From positions 1 through 27,055 of IMG/VR virus record IMGVR_UViG_3300020042_003596: 27,055 nucleotides of DNA. One strand, written 5' to 3'. Shown here in pieces: positions 24,804 to 27,055 of this stretch. Every line of letters begins with the position of its first letter. Position 1 is the first letter of the stretch. Position numbers and translations under genes: made by a program. This stretch comes from a virus. Its lineage: Duplodnaviria > Caudoviricetes. A model generated the notes under the pieces. It did not search any database and was not told where the DNA came from. It saw nothing but the letters and a program-made list of their open reading frames with translations.

Positions 24804-24976
24804 GAACGGGCGGCAACTTGGAGAACTTAACAGTTCTCGATTACTTTGCTGCCAAAGCAATGGCGGCAATGATCATGTCAGACCAGTACAAGACTGAGAG
24901 TGAGGGCGACATTGCTCAACTCTCTTACGCAATCGCTGAGAAGATGATGGAGGTGAAAGATGAACAAGGCTCTTAA
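24800..24976 (+). CDS. DYFAAKAM-family small protein, second copy
   Basis: Homolog of 12365-12541. Confidence 0.75.
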   Translation: MRTGGNLENLTVLDYFAAKAMAAMIMSDQYKTESEGDIAQLSYAIAEKMMEVKDEQGS

Positions 24977-25223
24977 AGACGAGATTGAATTGATTGTCAG
25001 GAAGCTGACCCCCAAGGGGTTTGCTGGCATCCTGACCTCGATGGACATCCAGACCTACACCCGCCAAGCCGCCACCTCTGGGGTGCTGGCTGGTTATGGG
25101 GCTGGTGCTGAGATGGAACGCAAGATGGGGGACAAAGAACTCAAGAAAGAGAATGAAATCTTGCGCCAGCAAATCAAGCAACTTGAGATGGAACTTTGCT
25201 ACAAGGCCAAGGTGAACGCATGA
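24960..25223 (+). CDS. Hypothetical phage protein, second copy
   Basis: Homolog of 12118-12381. Confidence 0.8.
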   Translation: MNKALKDEIELIVRKLTPKGFAGILTSMDIQTYTRQAATSGVLAGYGAGAEMERKMGDKELKKENEILRQQIKQLEMELCYKAKVNA

Positions 25224-25441
25224 AAGAACCTGAAGACGAGGCTTTTGAGGAGTTGGCAAAGCGCCAGGGTGATTGGGGTCTGCAAGGGTCACGCAAGCAC
25301 CAGATTCTGAGGTACGCTGAAAACGCCGAACGCAATGCCGTGATTGAGGAGGTGGCACAGCACTTGGAGAAGTGCAGTTTGGCATTTGGAAAAGATAGCA
25401 TTCAATCGTTCACTGTTTACATAAGGAATATGAAAAAATGA
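25220..25441 (+). CDS. Hypothetical phage protein
   Basis: Homolog of 11873-12121 with a divergent middle; ATGA overlaps at both ends. Confidence 0.75.
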   Translation: MKEPEDEAFEELAKRQGDWGLQGSRKHQILRYAENAERNAVIEEVAQHLEKCSLAFGKDSIQSFTVYIRNMKK

Positions 25442-26136
25442 CCCCACTCATCAAAGAAATGGTGGGCTACACAACGGATGCAGAAACCTTTATGTGGTTT
25501 GACATTGGCAAACTGCCGACTGAAGAAATGCGATTCTTGGTTGATGGAGAAACACTCACCCACATCCCGTTCCATAAAGTTATTGTGTGCTGCATCGATT
25601 CAGATGGAGACAAGTGCATGTTAGGTATGGTTGGTAGCAACGGGACAGTTTGTGCAGTTGGTTATGTTTTGTCTCCAACCTCTTACAAAATGATCAGCGC
25701 GTTTGCTTACATGGACACCCCAGAAGGACTGCGATTGTTGCCAGCAAATGATGGCGACACATTACCAACGCAAGAGCAATGCTATTCCGTTCTTTGCACC
25801 ATCAAACACTTTCTTCATATGCTAGATCAAAGGGCGGTAGAGGCACACCAACCATTGCCAAAACGCAGTCTTATTAACGACAAACGAAAAGCAAAAGGAA
25901 AGTCGCCGCTGTTATACGACTGGCGCACGGTAATCATTGAACCGCCAAAACTGAAATCAGAGCCACTTGGCGGCACTCACGCAAGCCCACGCAGACACCA
26001 AGCAAGAGGTCATTGGAGAACGTACAAGTCTGGCAAGCGTGGGTGGGTCAAAGAGTGCTGGCGCGGGGACGCAGGCAAGGGAACAGTGTTTAAAGATTAC
26101 AACATAAGGAGCAAGCATGACACAAGAAATCATTGA
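25438..26136 (+). CDS. Hypothetical phage protein with basic HASPRRH..RGHWR C-terminal motif
   Basis: 232-aa ORF, ATGA-coupled to the upstream gene. Confidence 0.75.
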   Translation: MTPLIKEMVGYTTDAETFMWFDIGKLPTEEMRFLVDGETLTHIPFHKVIVCCIDSDGDKCMLGMVGSNGTVCAVGYVLSPTSYKMISAFAYMDTPEGLRLLPANDGDTLPTQEQCYSVLCTIKHFLHMLDQRAVEAHQPLPKRSLINDKRKAKGKSPLLYDWRTVIIEPPKLKSEPLGGTHASPRRHQARGHWRTYKSGKRGWVKECWRGDAGKGTVFKDYNIRSKHDTRNH

Positions 26137-26587
26137 GATGGCACAAGAATGCGGATTGATTGGTATGCGTCCACACCTTGATGGCATTTACTCTGAGGCA
26201 CTTGTAGCCTTTGCCAAACTGGTAGCCGCCAAAGAACGATTGGCACAGCCGCATGAGACAACATTAAAAGAATTTAATCAATTTATTTATGACGACCCCA
26301 AGTACCACATTTGGGCAAAAGAAAAAGAAGCATTGGCAGACCCCATGCGTGAAGTGCAAAGGTTGGGGCAAGAGATTGAGCAAGAGCCACCACAGCGGAC
26401 ATGGATAGGCTTAGAGGGTGCAGAAGCAGGATGGTTTTGTCATACAGATTTTCTTAATGCCAGAAAATACACTAAAAAACAACGAGAGCATATTTGTTGT
26501 CAACTTTTATCTGAGGCCCAATCTTGGGATATTAAACAATACCAACTAATGATGCACGACAGCACCAAACTCAAGGAGAACACATGA
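26117..26587 (+). CDS. Mosaic phage early protein
   Basis: AAGGAG RBS; shares KERLAQ and terminal KENT with the 11431-11640 protein. Confidence 0.7.
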   Translation: MTQEIIEMAQECGLIGMRPHLDGIYSEALVAFAKLVAAKERLAQPHETTLKEFNQFIYDDPKYHIWAKEKEALADPMREVQRLGQEIEQEPPQRTWIGLEGAEAGWFCHTDFLNARKYTKKQREHICCQLLSEAQSWDIKQYQLMMHDSTKLKENT

Positions 26588-26721
26588 AAATTATTAAATA
26601 TTTTATTGAATTGTTAGACACGCTTAAAAAGATTGAGGCACATCTTAATCAGCTTTCAAGCTGTGTAGGAAAACAACATAATGGATACAACCCAGCAGTG
26701 CGTATAAATCCATATAGCTGA
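26584..26721 (+). CDS. 45-aa hypothetical protein
   Basis: AAGGAG RBS and ATGA overlap; MKIIKYFIELLDTLKK... Confidence 0.55.
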   Translation: MKIIKYFIELLDTLKKIEAHLNQLSSCVGKQHNGYNPAVRINPYS

Positions 26722-26735
26722 TCTAAGGAAAAAAC

Positions 26736-26891
26736 ATGAAAGCACGACAAGTATTCCACGCACTAATGTTTAGTAAGGGCTATACAGAGGCTAATCTAGC
26801 CATGACAAAAACCATGTACACCAATCAATCCATGCAAAGTAGATGGAACTATTTTCTAGCTGGGTGGGAAATGAGGGGCGTTTGTGATTGA
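26736..26891 (+). CDS. 51-aa hypothetical protein
   Basis: AAGGA RBS; MKARQVFHALMFSKGY...RWNYFLAGWEMRGVCD. Confidence 0.6.
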   Translation: MKARQVFHALMFSKGYTEANLAMTKTMYTNQSMQSRWNYFLAGWEMRGVCD

Positions 26892-26988
26892 GACTGTAAT
26901 CACTATCTTTGCCATAGGCTTTCTAGGCATTGCATTAGCCATTGGAGGCGTTTGCCTGATGGTTTGGATGGCACTTAATGAGGATTGA
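26884..26988 (+). CDS. 34-aa single-TM peptide
   Basis: GAGGGG then GTG at 26884; IETVITIFAIGFLGIALAIGGVCLMVWMALNED. Confidence 0.55.
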   Translation: MIETVITIFAIGFLGIALAIGGVCLMVWMALNED

Positions 26989-26989
26989 A

Positions 26990-27055
26990 ATGCCAAGACC
27001 TAAGACTGATTTAACCTTTGTGAACAAGACTGTCAGCGCACGACTCAGACCCGCC
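26990..27055 (+). CDS. 5' end of a small basic protein (partial)
   Basis: GAGGA then ATG at 26990; MPRPKTDLTFVNKTVSARLRPA runs off the window. Confidence 0.5.
   Translation, partial: MPRPKTDLTFVNKTVSARLRPA

Larger units (their letters stand above)
21815..25441. repeat. Right arm of the diverged inverted duplication (partner 11873-16154)
   Basis: Reverse-complement homology gene by gene. Confidence 0.95.
1..27055. mobile_element. Tailed bacteriophage DNA (P22-like podovirus tail module), apparently two related genomes joined in opposite orientation at 16154/16155
   Basis: Continuous phage gene content (ejection proteins, head-binding domain, tailspike, holin, endolysin, resolvase, DUF2800, primase-helicase, MTase). 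No host housekeeping genes. Confidence 0.95.

Noticed and set aside
1-27055. tRNA, rRNA or CRISPR arrays
   Set aside because: None recognised by eye. A tRNAscan/Infernal run would be needed to exclude them formally.

Overview
The whole window is tailed-phage DNA with a P22-like podovirus tail. Positions 1-11366 (+) carry the end of a virion module and a lysis cassette. The virion part has three DNA-ejection proteins, a stand-alone P22-type head-binding adaptor, two receptor-binding proteins and small tail-associated proteins. The lysis cassette includes a holin and a peptidase M15 endolysin. Positions 11339-16154 hold an early/recombination region: small leftward genes, a symmetric divergent promoter, an HTH regulator, a RuvC-like resolvase, a PAPS-reductase-family gene, a DUF2800 nuclease and the first 8 codons of an SSB-like gene. 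At 16154/16155 the sequence switches abruptly to a diverged copy of the same early region in the opposite orientation. That copy (21815-25441) continues into an SSB-like gene, an N4/N6 DNA methyltransferase, a primase-helicase and an iteron/palindrome origin candidate. The two copies differ by many synonymous changes and by whole-gene swaps at start codons, so the window is most likely two related phage genomes joined in opposite orientation, either as a chimera or as a natural recombinant. The most notable signal is a non-coding locus at 16155-16350, where a 28-bp cer/psi/dif-like XerCD site sits inside a cluster of DnaA boxes next to a G-tract; no integrase is visible in the window. Other leads are a DDxxD isoprenoid-synthase-like gene coupled to the ejection genes, a lysis-region gene with an AUU start or stop readthrough, and a GGA-loop double-hairpin leader. 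All family assignments come from motif recognition by eye; no database searches were run.
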